From positions 45,570,001-45,634,000 of the forward strand of contig CM126209.1 of the NCBI GenBank assembly GCA_052327205.1: a stretch of DNA of 64,000 nt, written 5' to 3'. The DNA is from Somniosus microcephalus. Its lineage: Eukaryota. Numbering within the stretch: the first letter of the stretch is position 1; every line of letters begins with the position of its first letter. The position numbers and the translations under genes are program-made. Below the pieces are notes generated by a model. That model saw nothing but the letters and a program-made list of their open reading frames with translations. It was not told the DNA's origin and searched no databases. Positions 46,091-60,278 of this stretch are shown piece by piece.

Positions 46091-48006
46091 ATTCTATGCT
46101 TCTAAGTATGCAGGTACATCATCGCAACAAGAGGTTTTAAGATGTGTTTTCACTCTTCCAGTGAAATATTCACTGACAACTATCATTGTTGCTTGGAAAT
46201 GCATTCAATTTATGAAATGAAAAAAAATAATACCTGTGCAGGGTTGAGCTATGAATTCCCTACATCATATGACAAGTACAGCATGATTACTTTACAAACG
46301 TTGATTGTTGCTTTGTGGAACATAATAGAAATTCTATATCATATTATCTGTTTTATAAGTATTATTAAGCATTATATATTGACGGCTGTCGAGAGAAAAT
46401 TGTGATGTATGTATTGTTTTAAATATGCGATATCAGTGCAGCAGATAGAAGTTCATACATTCGAGATTTTATCTTCACAGTGTCACATTAGTTCTTGAGG
46501 GAAATGTCAGGAGTCATGGTGTGATCCGTTTATCACCTTCTGTAAAGCTCAGAACTTTTGATAAATGACCAGAAGTGAACACGATACGGCAAATAATCTT
46601 TTATAAATGTACATCAGCAGCAGTACACAAACAACAGTGAGGTGAATGACCAGTTAATAATTTTTTGGTGGTATTTGTTGACCAGGAAAACTCTGCTCTT
46701 CTTCAAATGACACCGAAGAATTTTTTAGTTCTTCCTAATCTGGCAGACTGGACCTTGGTTTAAAAGTTGCAATCTTGCCGACCCCCTGAGAGACTTCTTT
46801 TACAAAACCTTCTCCTGCCAGGAGTACAGGTTGTCCCAGACCACGGATACCTTTACAGCTTGTTCAGTGATTAAATGGTGAGTCCTGCTTATAGCAGGAT
46901 GGGACAAATGATGTATCCCTTAAAGGATTCCTTGTCGGCATGTTTCTTTAAAAATATTTTTTTATAAAATGGATGTTTGTAGGAGAATATATAGGACTGT
47001 GGTAACAGAATGTGAAACGTAAGCAATATTCTTATGAGGGATGTTTCTACTAACATTTCCACCTGGGGTTTTTAGGGCAGATTTACCTCTCCCCAGCATT
47101 GGACATGAGGATTGCCCTCTCCCATCCTCCGACTCCCAGTCTCCTTTCCTTCCCTCCTGACCTTCGAACCTTCCCTCCCAGCCTTCAAGCCCCGACCTCC
47201 TCTCCCGATCCTCCGATTCCCAGCCTCCAATCCTCAGCCTCCAATCCTTCCCTCCTGATCCTCTGACCCCGGCCTCCGATCCTTCCCTCCCAATCCCCAA
47301 CCTCCTATCTTTCCTTCCTGACCCCCGATCCCCAGTCAGGAAAATTGCCCCTATTGTCTCACGCCAGGAATTATTTCTTTCTACTTGAAATTAGAAGCTG
47401 TTAATTGTGTGTTTTTGGGTCACTGTCTATACGTTTGAACAATACCTGAAAAGATGCAAGAGTTATTTAATAGCTACTTTTAAAAAAAAGATCTTAAGCT
47501 ATTAGGGAAATAGAAAAGACTTATTCTGACTTTATTGTCCAATGAATTGCAAAATGGAGCATTTAGATTTATCACAAATAATCTGGCATTTGCTTTATTA
47601 AACTTCTATGGAAACACCATTTGTGTTGATGAGAGGAATATTAGACAAGTTAGGTTTAGGTATTCATAGTGTTCTGATTGATTTCATACACAAGCCATTC
47701 ACAAAATCAACAATTGAATGAGAAATGCTAAATTCAACAATATATATCCTGAACAGCACAGTGAATTATCGTAATACTTTGATATGTACAGTATGTGATA
47801 TTTCCCTATGACATGCAGTGTGATAAAATCAATTAGCACTGCATTTAAAGTCCCATGATACAATAGCACTTCAATTACATTTTGCAATTTGATCATAGGC
47901 GCCTTCTAACTGCTAGGATGCCTGCCACCAATTCTAGCCCAAACCAGCACGACAAAATCCAACTGTAGAGAATAGCATAGGTTGAAGTTTATTTTGAGTA
48001 GATAAT

Positions 48007-48538
48007 GGGACAGATTTTCACCAGTCTGCAAGCAAAAACAGGGCGGTACCGTCTTGAAAAATCGCAGGGAAAAACTTACTACCTGTTCCTGACCTGGCTA
48101 TCGCCTTCCTGAAAGGGACCTACGACAGGGGCAGCTGGAGCAGCCACCTGTTCGAGGAGGTAGGCCCTCATATTATGCAAATCAGGGTCTTATGGTATAC
48201 ATAGGACCCCGATTGGCATTTTGGGAGATAACTGGACAGAGTGTGTGCTCCCTCCAGTTTGAGCTGGCAGTATAGCTGAAAAGGACCAGAAATGGTCAAT
48301 TTAAAATTATTTTTATGGGGCAGGAGAGCTGCTCAGGGCTTCGCAAGAATAATGTGTGCTGCTGATGCCCAATACTCCCCCGCTGGTCTACCTTGCTGGT
48401 AGAGCCAGCGAGCCGTAGTAGAACACCTGTTCGTGCTCCAGCCTGCTGCTAGTTGGGTAATGAGGTCCAGGCCTGGTAGTGAGGGCAGCCGTCTAGCGCA
48501 TTCTGCCATTTGGCCGCCCGATAGTTAAAATCTATCCC
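48007..48538. mobile_element. Old Harbinger-type MITE
   Basis: Imperfect TIR GGGACAGATTTT ... AAAATCTATCCC; imperfect 3-bp TSD (AAT/AAC). Confidence 0.55.
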
Positions 48539-51324
48539 AACATGCCACAGAGGTCAAATGATACTATTAGGCTGCACAGGTTCTGCTTATGCATTTTGAC
48601 ATCTAAACCTCTCGATTTGTTACTGCTTTTATGTTATCGTTAGCTCTTGTCTCTGGATCAAGATGTTGTGAATTTGAGTCAAACAGCAGAATTTGATTAA
48701 TTTAATAGTATGGGTTAATACTCCAGTGTAGTACAGAAGGAGAGCAACATTGGAGGAGCTGTTGTCGTTTTGGATGAGACAGTAAACTAAGGCCCAGTCT
48801 GCTTGTTCAAGTGGACCTAAAAGATTATTTGGTGCCATATCTGGTGCCCTGGTCAACATTCCCCTTCAACAAATACCACCAAAAAATGAGTAACTGTTCA
48901 TTTCTTCTCATTGCTGTTTGTGCACTGCTGCTGGATGCACGCAAAAGAAGTTACTAATTGTGTGAAGCACTTTGAGACATTTTTACATTGTTAAGCAGCT
49001 ACATGAATGTAAGTTTTTTTATTTCTTTCTATATATCTTCAATTTTCTACTTTCCATCATGAACCATTGTTCTAACTGATGGATGAGATACGATGAGGAA
49101 TTCCTGACATTGGTTCCTTGATCAGCTGCTACCAGTGGGAAGCGGTGCTCACAGTGTGCACTGATTGAGAAATCATGGACCCAAATTCCTGTTTTTAGCC
49201 ATTAATTTAAATGGTCAAAAAATCAGGCGGTCCGAGTGGTGAGAATGGGAGAATCTGATCGGAGGGTCAATCCTAATGAGTGACGTTTGTACCTTCCAAA
49301 CGAAACAACATCAGTACTTAAAAAGGGCACAGTATGGGTCTCTGAGAAGACTGGTCGCACTGACACCAGTGAAAAGGAGCAGGTGCACTCTATGGGATCC
49401 TGTTAAGGCACCACCCCAGCACATGTGCTCCACTTTGCAAATGTAAATTGTCAGATGTAAGGCTCCAATGTTGAGCCTTGTAAATGATATATTCAAAGGT
49501 AATAGTTCCAAAATACATTGAGGTGATCTGTGTGTAAGGCCTTACCCTTAGTTATTTTCTCATTCATCTGTCTTTTTTCAGATTAAACTGTAATTAAAAA
49601 AAAGTGGAGATCGAGTTACTAATATTGTGATTCAACCACCAGTAATCTCAAATTAAAATTTTGCCCCATTCCTTAGGCAACTCATGAGACAGCAACAGAT
49701 GGATAAACGGAGCTAGCTGGCTTAGGGGTGTGTTAAAAGATTAAAGTATCGTACAGAGAAAGAAATGCTTCTCTTTAATACATAACTCCTCCAAATTTCA
49801 CAATAATGCCATTTGTTCACTGTTCACAGTTTGAAAATAGCTGATTGGACAAGTCAACAGAACATGAAATTTTATTTTATTTCATAAAAGTTCAATTTAT
49901 TAAAAAAAAAGAAACCAGGTGGCAACATTAACTTTTTAAATATAAGGCAGATATCTATAAACTCCTGTCTGAAAATGTTCAACTTTTACTTTCCATGTCC
50001 ACATTGTGACCAAAAACTACCATGTCTCTCACATTTGCTAAGAGCAATTCTCAGGCGGAATCTTACCGGCGCTGCGAGTGCAGTTTGAAGGCGGGTCTGC
50101 TGTCAAAATGGCAGTGATTGAATGCGGGGCGGAAGTCCACTCTGAACCCACCTCCTTGTTAATTTCTCAAGTGCCGGCTCTGCCTGCGGTTTGCAGACCC
50201 GGCACTAAGCGGCGGGTCAAGCAATTGAGATATGCTCGGGGCTCACGTCAGGTAAGTGTCAGGTTCTCAATGACTTTCTATTGCTGTGAATAGTTGACAG
50301 CTGCAAAAGTGGTATAAAAGCTACCATTTCACAGCTGTTCAATTTCCAATCTTAGAAGCTGGAGCCTTCAATATTTGGAATACACTTTTCAGCTTTATGG
50401 AGGTTTGAATTGTTTGGAGCAAACACTCTATCCAGTGTCACCTCCTTGGAACAAACTCTCACCATTGACAGATTGCTTCTGTCATCTCAACTTCAGCTGC
50501 CATCTATTCCATCAGCATCGGTACCCTTGAAAAATTCTCACCTTGGTCCTCAGAATCCCACCACGATCCGCCCCAACACCAACATCACCAGGCACACCAG
50601 CAGCACCACCAACCTTCTTCGCAATCACCTGATGCTGCACAGGACACAGGGCATCAGCACCCGAGCACATTGCTGCCCAGGAGACCAAAGATGGCCTCAC
50701 CATGGCCAGATTTACTTCACTTGACGCTGTACACCCTGGCTGCCACATGATGCGACAGGTTGGCACCACCCCACACCAACACCATAAAGCATCCCTACAA
50801 TGACCAAGCCATTCCTTTCACACTCATCACCATTGGGGGGGATACCGTTATGTCTCACCATTCACTGCAACTCACTCAGCCACTTTCAAAGGTGTACACA
50901 GATCTGTCCAAGAAGGCAAAGTGTTGAAAATAAAGATTTCAATGTTTGACAACACATTAACAGAAACTTTACATGAACATTGGCGATAACACCCAACTGC
51001 CTACCCTTGTGTGTTGTTAGTTGGTATAATTGGACAAGGATGAGGGTGAGTGTGTGGATTCATTTTAGAATACCGACCCAAATTAAATTCAGTGGCCTGT
51101 AATTTGTGCCCCCTATGGGTGCGTACGAGGTGCGTACACGCCCGTAAGGGCCACACAAGTTCCAGGTTTTTGCATGCAAAGTACATGCGCGAAAACCTGG
51201 AACTTGCGATCTGTCAAGAATCTTCTTGACAGATCCAATGCATCCTTGGGAAAAGGGCACCCGCGGACGGAGAGTTGGGCTGTTTACCCAACTTCTGCCC
51301 AGCGAAAGCTTGTGAAATTGTTAT

Positions 51325-51845
51325 GCCTGGTGTTTAAAATGATAAAAGGATTCAGTAGGATAGATACAGATTAACTATTTCCTCTGGTGGAGGAATCCTG
51401 AGCAAGAGGGCATAATCTTAAAGTTAGAGCTAGGCCATTTAGGAGTGAAATCGGGGAGCACTTTTTAACGCAAAGGGTCGTGGAAATCTGGAAAACTCTT
51501 CCCCCAAAAGGCTGTGGATCAATTTTCCGTGTAAGCTGTGCGACTGCCCAGCGCTCCAGGGTCCCGCACAGCCAGTGAGCCAGCTTTTAAATTGAAAACC
51601 TGCGTACGCACAAACTTTTAAATGGGCCTCGCAGCCCAAAAAAAAATTACAGGGAACATTGCTGTGGATGCTCGATCAATTGAAATTTTCAAGACTGAGA
51701 TCGGTAGATTTTGGATAAGTAAAGGTACCAAGGGATATGGAACAAAGTGGCTAACTGGAGTTGAGGTACAGATCAGCCAGGTCTAATAGAGTGGCGGAAC
51801 AGGCTCAAAGGGCTGAATGGCCTACTCCTGCTCCTATATTCCTAG
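51325..51845 (+). mobile_element. CR1-type LINE 3' fragment hosting a hAT MITE
   Basis: gtgtttaaaatgataaaagga...gggctgaatggcctactcctgctcctat 3' end. Confidence 0.7.
51520..51661. mobile_element. 142-bp hAT-type MITE
   Basis: Perfect 8-bp TSD CTGTGGAT (51512-51519, 51662-51669); imperfect TIR CAATTTTCCGTGTAA / TTACAGGGAACATTG. Confidence 0.85.
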
Positions 51846-53239
51846 ATGTGCAGAGAAATTGCTGGAGTTTAATCAACTAAACCTGCACAGCTTACCAACA
51901 CGGTGCAGTGAAGTCCTTCCTACCCATTAGGAATTTGGTTTGGAGGGTTATCCAGTGGGCATGTTCTCACTGGAAGAGAAGACTCAGAGGTGATACGATT
52001 GCTATTTTTAGGATTCTAAAAGGACTATTAATGTAGACCATGATAAGCTATTTCACCTTGTCCAGAACAGCAGGACCAGAGAGCACGGCCTGCGCTTGAA
52101 GGGGGATTAATTCCAGAAATATGGTGGAACCAGTTAGTATTGATTCATTCAAATGCAAATTAGGTTTCTTTCAGAAAATAACATTTTGGGATACAGTATA
52201 TGAATAATTTTATACATGATGTAGTAAGTACAGTATGCTTGGGAGGAACAGATGACTTTGGACCTGTGGTTCCCAAAGCTCTCCACAACTGGGGATTGCC
52301 TCACATTATTAGTCTGTTATAGGCTAATTGATAGATTGATTGCTATGACTAGTCATATAACAACTTGCATTTATATAGCTCCTTTAATGTAGTAAAATAT
52401 CCCAAGGTGCTTCACAGGAGCGTATTCAGACAAAAATGGTAGTGTTTATTTCTACCAGATTTCTGATTGGTCATCTTGGAGGACAAGACACACCCAAAAG
52501 TTTACCTGGAATGAGTAATTAGATCCTGCCTGCCTAAGTAATCAAGTACTTTGTAAAGTGTAATTCGAGCCATTCTGACTGCCAGGCTCCAGGCAGAACA
52601 GAGCTCACATAGAACAGACAGGGCTCACCCTCACGGGTTAATACCTTCTCCCACCCCCCAAACAAGTTCCTAAACTTCCTTCCCACCCCACGAGTTTCTG
52701 ACCTTTTCCCTCCCTTACATGTTTCTGACCTCCCCTCCCTGCCCAAGTTACTCCCCTCCACCCCCTCTCCCTGGGTTCCTGACATTCCCTCTCCCCCGCC
52801 CCTGCCACCCCCATAGATGGGGCATTGTGTGGGTCACGGATTGTTAGCAGGGTTATTGGGTATGAAGTGAGTAATGACAGTTTCATGACTTCCGGATTTT
52901 GTCCAGTCCAATGATGTCACTTGCCACACACGCACCGAGCGTTCCGAGAAATCAACCAGGTCTAGCAGAGGAGAGGGAGAACGTGGTGCAGTGTAAATGG
53001 GGTGGGGTTGGAAGAACATGATCCGCCTTACCACCCGGATCACGTTCTCGCTCTAACCCGCCCCCACCGGCCTTAGACCTGGATCACGTTCTTCCCCCTC
53101 CCCACTGTGCTCTTTCCCACCCCCAAGTTCCTGACCTCCTCGCCCCCCCATCCTTTCTCTTCTCCCCTTAATCCTCTCTCTCTCCCCCTCCTCCCCTTCC
53201 CCCTCTTCCCCTTCCCCCTCTTTCCCTTCCCCCTCTTTC

Positions 53240-53437
53240 NNNNNNNNNNNNNNNNNNNNNNNNNNNNNNNNNNNNNNNNNNNNNNNNNNNNNNNNNNNNN
53301 NNNNNNNNNNNNNNNNNNNNNNNNNNNNNNNNNNNNNNNNNNNNNNNNNNNNNNNNNNNNNNNNNNNNNNNNNNNNNNNNNNNNNNNNNNNNNNNNNNNN
53401 NNNNNNNNNNNNNNNNNNNNNNNNNNNNNNNNNNNNN
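53240..53437. other. Assembly gap (198 N) in a C/T-rich low-complexity tract
   Basis: Run of N flanked by polypyrimidine and CCCCCGAT repeats. Confidence 1.
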
Positions 53438-54930
53438 CTCTTCCCCCCCTCCTCTCTTCCCCCCCTCCGATCCCCCATCTCTATCCCCCCTCTTTCTCCC
53501 CCCTCCGATTCCCTCTCGCCCCCTCCGATCCCCGCTCTCTTCCCCCCCGATCCCCGCTCTCTCTCTTTCCCCCCCGATCCTCTCTCTCTCTTTCCCCCCC
53601 CCCCCTCCACTCCCTTCAATCCCCCCCCCTTAGGTTTTAAGGAGCGTTTTAAAGGAGGAGAGCGAGGTGAAGAGACGGAGGTTTAAGGAGGTAATTTCAG
53701 AGCTTAGGGCTAGACAGCTGAAGGCACGGTCGCCCATGGTGAGTCGAAGGATGTCTGGGATGCACAAGAGGACAGAATTTTTGGAATGCAGAATTCTTGG
53801 AGGGTTGTAGGGCTATTGGAGGTTACAAAGATAGAAGCGAGGCCATGGAGGTATTTGAATACAAGGATAAGAGTTTTAAAGTCGGGGCGTTGGTGGACCG
53901 GGAGCCAATGTAGATCAGCAAACACCGTGGCAATGGGTAAACAGGACTTGGTGCGAGTTAGGACATGAGCAGTAGAATTACTCCCATTATCATATCATGC
54001 GAGTGCCAGGATAGTAGAACGTGAATTAGATGGACCGTGGTCTTTTTTCGTCTTGCAATTCCTATGTTCCTGTGGAGCTGGATGTAAAGAATCTCGGAAC
54101 TTAGTGACAGGAGTACTGCTCTAGGTACCATCAATGAGCCATGTTGGCTGAGGAATGATCAAAGTGCTCGTGAGTATTGCAGAGCTGCCTGGTTCGGATA
54201 TCAGATTGCCAAATGTGCTACAGATGGTTGATCCAATTCCAATTTTCTGTAGACAAGCACGTTTTCTTGGAGACTACTCAACCTAAAAGTTTACCTTCCC
54301 TAACCCTTCCATTTCACCCCACTAAGATAGTTACTGTTTGAACATTAGACAACGGACACACACACAGATTTGAGCTCTCACTAGATGGATAGTAAATACC
54401 AGGAACTTCTATCAAATGGCACGGTGAGTAGTACAACTCACCATAAAATACGTGAGTGTGTTGCCATCATCCTCTTGACACGCAGTGTGTCCACTGAATG
54501 GTGGCTCCATTTGTTCTGGAGTTTCAGCAGAAACTACTTGGCTCTCCTGCAGCCCAACCGTAGAACTTTGGATGTCTAAGCACATGTTCTCATACCCGGC
54601 AAGGCATTCTGGTAGCCACTGTCCCAAGATAAGAATTTCCTTATTAGCTATAAGATGGATATCTACTTTCAGGTTGGTAAAGGGACCGATTTTGATATCA
54701 TAACAAAATTTTATTTAATACATACTCTTGCAGATTAAACCAGACTGATTAATTCTGAGTGTTCTCATATGTTACTGAATCAGGTTCACATTCAACAGGA
54801 TTGAAATGGCTCCATACAGAAAGATCACATTACCTTTTAGAATACAGTTAATGTTTGTTAAGAAAGCAGTTACCTTTAATTACTTTTGAAAGGTGGATGT
54901 ATTTTTACCATATAAATATATTCCTTCCAG

Positions 54931-55076
54931 CCTGCAAATCTGGATGAGCGCAGAGGAAGTCGGCCTCGTTCGATAGTACGATCCTTCACAATGCCATCAA
55001 CTCCAAGACCTCTATCAGTTGCATCAGTCTCCTCCATATCATCTGACAGTACCCCGTCTAGGCCTGGTTCTGATGG
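54931..55076 (+). CDS. DOCK1: DOCK1 coding exon, PANLDERRGSRPRSIVRSFTMPSTPRPLSVASVSSISSDSTPSRPGSDG
   Basis: ttccag|CCT acceptor, GG|gtatgt donor; 146 bp ending in phase 2; resembles the DOCK1 post-DHR-2 RRGSRPRS...SRPGSDG segment. Confidence 0.93.
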
Positions 55077-58000
55077 GTATGTTTTAGAGCTAATGTGATT
55101 AATTTTCTGAGAAATTTGACATATATGAAGATAACAGATGTTGCTAAGCAAAGGAATAGTCATGTGCATTATGGGCCCGTCCCTAGCAGGACCTTGTGCT
55201 AGAAAATGGTGGGGGGGGGGTGGAAATGGAGCCCAAAGGCCCCAAAATCCGGTTGGTGAGGAACAGAGAATGCCTTTACTTATTGTTTGGGTCCTCTTTG
55301 GCTTTCGGTTGGGCCCCCCTCAGGTCCTCTGATCTGGGGAGGAGTGTCCTGGTAAGCCCATCACTAACTTCTTGGGGCATTTCTACATCTTGGAGCCCCA
55401 TGGATATAACTTCAGGAAACAGAGGTTGGAAATGCCCCCTCCTGCCCACTGACATCTGAACGTTGGGCCTGTACCTATTGCAAGCACAGGCCCAGCTCCA
55501 TCTTTCTACAGATCCTGAGGTAACATAACCGGTGCAGGAACCTGGCATAATGGTTTTCCTCTGACTTTCTCCTGATCTTTATACAGCGTTGTATAAAAAT
55601 ATACAAATATTGTGAACTGCAGGGGCCCCAGAACAGATCCCTGTGAAACATCTTGAAAAGAGGATAAATAGAGCAGTAGAGGGAGGATTTAAACTAGTAA
55701 GGTGTGGGGGGGGGGAAGGGTAAGTAAAACAGACCCAAAAAAGGGAAATTGATCAGTAGCACAATAATAAGAAAGGCAAGTTTTGAAATATAGATTTAAA
55801 TGCTTCTGTATAAATACGAAGAACCTGAGGAATAAAGTACTGGAGCTGGAGGTGTATGCAGCTAGCGAGAATATTGATACTGGCATCATAGCGTAAAGGA
55901 TGGTGAAGAGCTGAAGCTGAGGAGGTATACAATATCTCTCAAGAATAGAACTACAAAGAGTACCTCTACATTATTGAGAAGGAATGATATATCCGCTATA
56001 GAATAGGTGTTTATAGCAGCAGAAGATATAAGGTTGGAACAATGCAGATAGAGCTGATTAATAAGGGCAGCAAATTATTAATTGATAATTGTTATAGACC
56101 ACCTGAGAGACACATAGGGAGCTGCTTAAGCAGATAAGGAGGGCTGTAGAAAATGTTAATGTCTAATCGTGGGGCAATTTAAATATTCTGGAGGTGAAAT
56201 GGATAGTTGGGGACAATAAAAAGGAGGTGTTACAATACAAGCAAGTTCAGACACTCACAGGCTAATGCATAAGACAGGCTACTAGAACAACGACTATGGG
56301 GGGAATTTTAAACTAAAAAAAGGGTGGGTTTGGAGCATGGAGGTAGCTAAATTGTTAAAAATGGGGTTCCCGACCTGATCTCACCTCCAACCCATCCACT
56401 TCCGGTTTTAATGGAGGAGGTCGACCAACCCGCTCCCAGGGGGCGGAACGGCAATTTAAATATTATGATGAGGTTGGTAGCCTCTTTTTCAACCTCCATT
56501 TTGTTTTTAACTGTGGACTGGTTGCATGCACTTCGTGAAACCCGGCAGTTAAAGCAAGACGGGGACTGCTGGATCCAGGATCCCTGCCTAACCCACCCAC
56601 CGCGATCGGAGACCTCCCCTATGAGGCCTCGGATTACCCCTCCAGGACTCTTTCCTCCCCCCCTCCCCCCGGTTAAAGTCAGCAGGACTGCATCGGAGCT
56701 CCCCTGCCCCCAACCCGCCTTCCTCCAGAAAATTCCGGCCTATGTTGCATTCAGTGTTTTAACAATTCACCAAAGCTGTTTAATAAGCTGGAGGTTAGTG
56801 AACACCTGGGATGTAGCGATCGATGTAGTAGATTTTATACTGTTGTCAAACTAATACCAAAAGTTACAGCTGTACTCGTTTGGGAGACCTATTTTGGACC
56901 CTTGAGAAGAATCTTAAAGGAAAATAATTGAGAAACCAGAATAGCACAGAAGAAAAATGGAATGTATTTTAGGCTATTATACAGGATGAATCATGAGTGG
57001 AGAAAGTATACTCCATTTCATAGAGGAGAAAAATTAAATTTATACCATAGTAGTTTAATAAGGAAGCTAAAAACCAACACAAATACTTAAAAAGATACAA
57101 GGAAACAAAAATGAGGAGGATTGTGATTCATTCAGGGAACTGAGGATGAAAAAAAAAGTATTAGCATCTGTAAAAGAAAAATAGACAAATCACATAGGAT
57201 AAGATGAATCTAGAGAAGTTTTACAACTATGATAGTCATAAAAAAGTTCAAAGGACAGGTGGGTCCATTAAAGGATAAATTGGGCCAAAGCTGTTAATGA
57301 TCATTAGGATATGGGAGACATATTGAATGCATTCTTCACATCAGTTTTCACAAAGAGGACTGATGTTGATGACTGTAGACCAACTCTAATAGTAAATGGG
57401 ACCAAACAATCCTGCAACCTTTGAGAAATTAATACTAATCTATTAAAATGTTACTGAAATTACAAGCTAAAAATGTACTTGCTTTCCTAATGCTTCCTCA
57501 TGGTTACATCTGCTGGAACGCCATTATTTTCTTTGCATATTTAAAAACCACAGGTCGTGTAATGATTTCTAATTGTAAACCGGAACAACATTACAAAATT
57601 GCATGAAATGGGTTTCAAAATTCCTCTTGGTTAAAATAAATGCATTTTCATTTTCAGAAGTGTCATAAGGCCTAAAGTATATATCCAAGGCTTAATTGTT
57701 AGGTTTACATTAGAAATAAAGCTATATGGTACTATAGAAATTGATTTTGACTGCCTATTACTTTTGCTTATGAAAGTTATTAATAACACATGATAACAGT
57801 TCAGATTGCTGCATAATTTATTTCTAATGTCTAATTTAGAAAGCCTTAATGCTTCAATCCATATCATTTATAATCTAAAAGAATTATTCTACGGTACAGT
57901 ATAACTGAAAATTCCAAAGTCATCTTACATCTTGTTCTGGAGCATGTATGTAAAATGTTGACTTAATTATTTTTCAGTGAAATTTGTGAAAATATTGTAC

Positions 58001-58444
58001 AGGTAATTATTTTTGATATTCACATCAGAATAATAATGCACATAAAACCTGTTTCAGAATATATTGTAACATGCTAATAATCAATTTTCTGAGCGGAGTT
58101 ATTATCACCAGCAGTAATGAGTCGATGCCTGCATTAAAATAATGCAGAATGGAAAATCCAGGCTGTGAGTACTGACCTTTTGGACTTATTTTTGCACCTT
58201 CATGAAAATAAGGAAACGTTTAAGCATTTAAAATTAAAAAGTAAAAACTGGTAAGCGTTCTTTGGATTGTAATATGCTGCAGTGGAGTTTTACCCAATAC
58301 CCTTCAGAAATGTTTTGTACCAATATTTTTTGAGGGTCTTGGATTCTTTAAATTACATTAATAGAAACAGGTTTTAAATAGTAACAGCGAGTTTAATTAG
58401 TTTAAAAACATTTTTTTTTCATTGTTCGATATTGCTTATTTTAG

Positions 58445-58643
58445 ATTTATTCTTGAGCCCCTTCTCCCAAAGAAGATGCATTCAAGATCTCAGGATAAAT
58501 TGGATAAGGATGATGTGGACAAAGACAAGAGAGAGAGAAAAAAGGAAAAAAGGAATAGCAGACACCAAGAAATGTTTGACAAAGAATTTAAAACGACTGA
58601 TATTTCTGGCCAGTCTACAGAGGCAGTAATTCTCTCTGAAACG
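58445..58643 (+). CDS. DOCK1: DOCK1 coding exon, (G)FILEPLLPKKMHSRSQDKLDKDD...EAVILSET
   Basis: ttttag|A acceptor completes the GGA codon from the previous exon; ACG|gtaatt donor; 199 bp; resembles the DOCK1 C-terminal region. Confidence 0.93.
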
Positions 58644-60139
58644 GTAATTGCAGGATAATTTGTGAACTGGGAGTTTCTGTCGACTTCTGTATAAAGTAAC
58701 TCTCATTTAAATATTCAGTGTTCCTCCTGACTACTTAAAATACAAGTTCTGAGAACCATGAGATAATTAGGAGTCACTGTTTTAATGATTGCAAGAAACA
58801 TTTAGCATTGTACTGTGTAAGTACAAATCAGTCAATGTAACATTAAAAAAACTGAACAGTTGACATTGGAAAATGTAACGTAAATTGCTATTGAAAATTT
58901 TGCATTTTTTAAACCTTCACTTTGTCACTTTTTTAGGATTTTTCTTGAGTAGTGAACTATAACAACTTTAATGTCATAATCAGATTGTCAAAAAGGGATA
59001 ATGGATTCACATTAAATGCTCAAAACAAAGTTGTTTTTCCTAGTACATCAGGGATGCTTAATGAGGATACACAAGTACAGAGGAAAAGAAAATCCCTGTT
59101 AAGTGACTGTAAGTGCGTGGAAACTGCATCCGCCATTGAAAGATGATGAAAAGAGCATTGATAAGAGAAGCAGGTTCAGAACAAAATCACAGAAGGTGAC
59201 GCAGATTCAGGAGGAGGCTGTTTTAGATCTTTTAGATTCTTTCAGCTCGGCACTCAATTGAAAAAATCTTTGTACATGCAATGAAGAGTTCTATCCACAT
59301 TTAGCACAAAGCTTCCCACCAAAAATATGTGGGAACTAAATTAGCATCCTGGCTCTATGTGGTGTATAGTGTGTCTGTTTTTAAGAGGAAGTTTTGCACC
59401 TTGTCCAATTAAGTTATTGCTACTTGCAATAATTTTACTTAGAACTTTATCATTTTATAGTAATAATAACCATGAAGCTAGAAATGTATGGAATAAAAGC
59501 CCGATGAGATGGCATTGTAAGGACCAGACTCACTTGCGATCAAAAACAATATCTAATATTGGCAGTTGTTCCTGCTATTGCATCAAATAGATTAAGATAA
59601 AATGGAGATTCAAAATTTTGTTTTTCAGCTTTTGCTGCTCCTTTCCTGAAAGTTGTAGCCCATGCTGGAGCTACCAATCCTTAAGTACGCTGCTATTTCT
59701 CATGTGTGAGCCAAGATGATGAATGTTGGTCTGTTACATGACAGTGATGGCATCAAAGTCAAGTCCAGTTCTATCAGAAGTGAAAACTTTGGCTGATTCT
59801 TTCCCCCTCCCTAGCTTGGAACACTAAGAACAATTGAAACACCCCTACTGCCACCCTCACTGAGATCTCAGTACAGACTAAAATCAAACTTGGCACTCCC
59901 TGGTCTGCCTGGCCCAGTTCCACAGTGTGTGTACCCACTAAACCAGGAGCCCTAGGACTTTTCAAATTATGACATTGATTGACATGATGTTATCACTGCA
60001 TAAGAAACTTATTTAATCAGCAAAGTGGAAAACCCTGATCTTTAAAATATCATATGACAAGCCATTCATGCTCTGTAAAACAAAACTGATTCTATTAAAA
60101 CTAGTTTTTTTAATGATACAACATATCTCTTGTTTTCAG

Positions 60140-60278
60140 ATCAGTCCATTAAGGCCACAAAGACCAAAGAGCCAAGTGATTAATATAATGGCAGGCGATA
60201 GAAGGTTTTCTGCATCACCAATACCAACTCCAGTAACTCCCAGAACCAAGTTATCTTTTTCCTTACAGCCTGGCCTGA
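60140..60278 (+). CDS. DOCK1: DOCK1 coding exon, ISPLRPQRPKSQVINIMAGDRRFSASPIPTPVTPRTKLSFSLQPGL
   Basis: tttcag|ATC acceptor; best donor is A|gtaagt at 60279; 139 bp; ISPLRPQRPKSQV and VTPRxKLSFS resemble DOCK1. The remaining terminal exon(s) were not found in the window. Confidence 0.88.

Noticed and set aside
50060-51310. Possible additional degraded DNA-transposon remnant with short ORFs
   Set aside because: No clear TIR, TSD or protein motif could be established by eye.
53053-53640. Gly/Glu-rich and Pro-rich ORFs
   Set aside because: Low-complexity pyrimidine tract spanning an assembly gap.
3766-60278. Assignment to DOCK2 or DOCK5 instead of DOCK1
   Set aside because: The C-terminal exons (RRGSRPRS..RSFTMPS, LEPLLPKKMHSRSQDKLDKDD, ISPLRPQRPKSQV) match recalled DOCK1-specific sequence. 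A BLASTP would confirm this.
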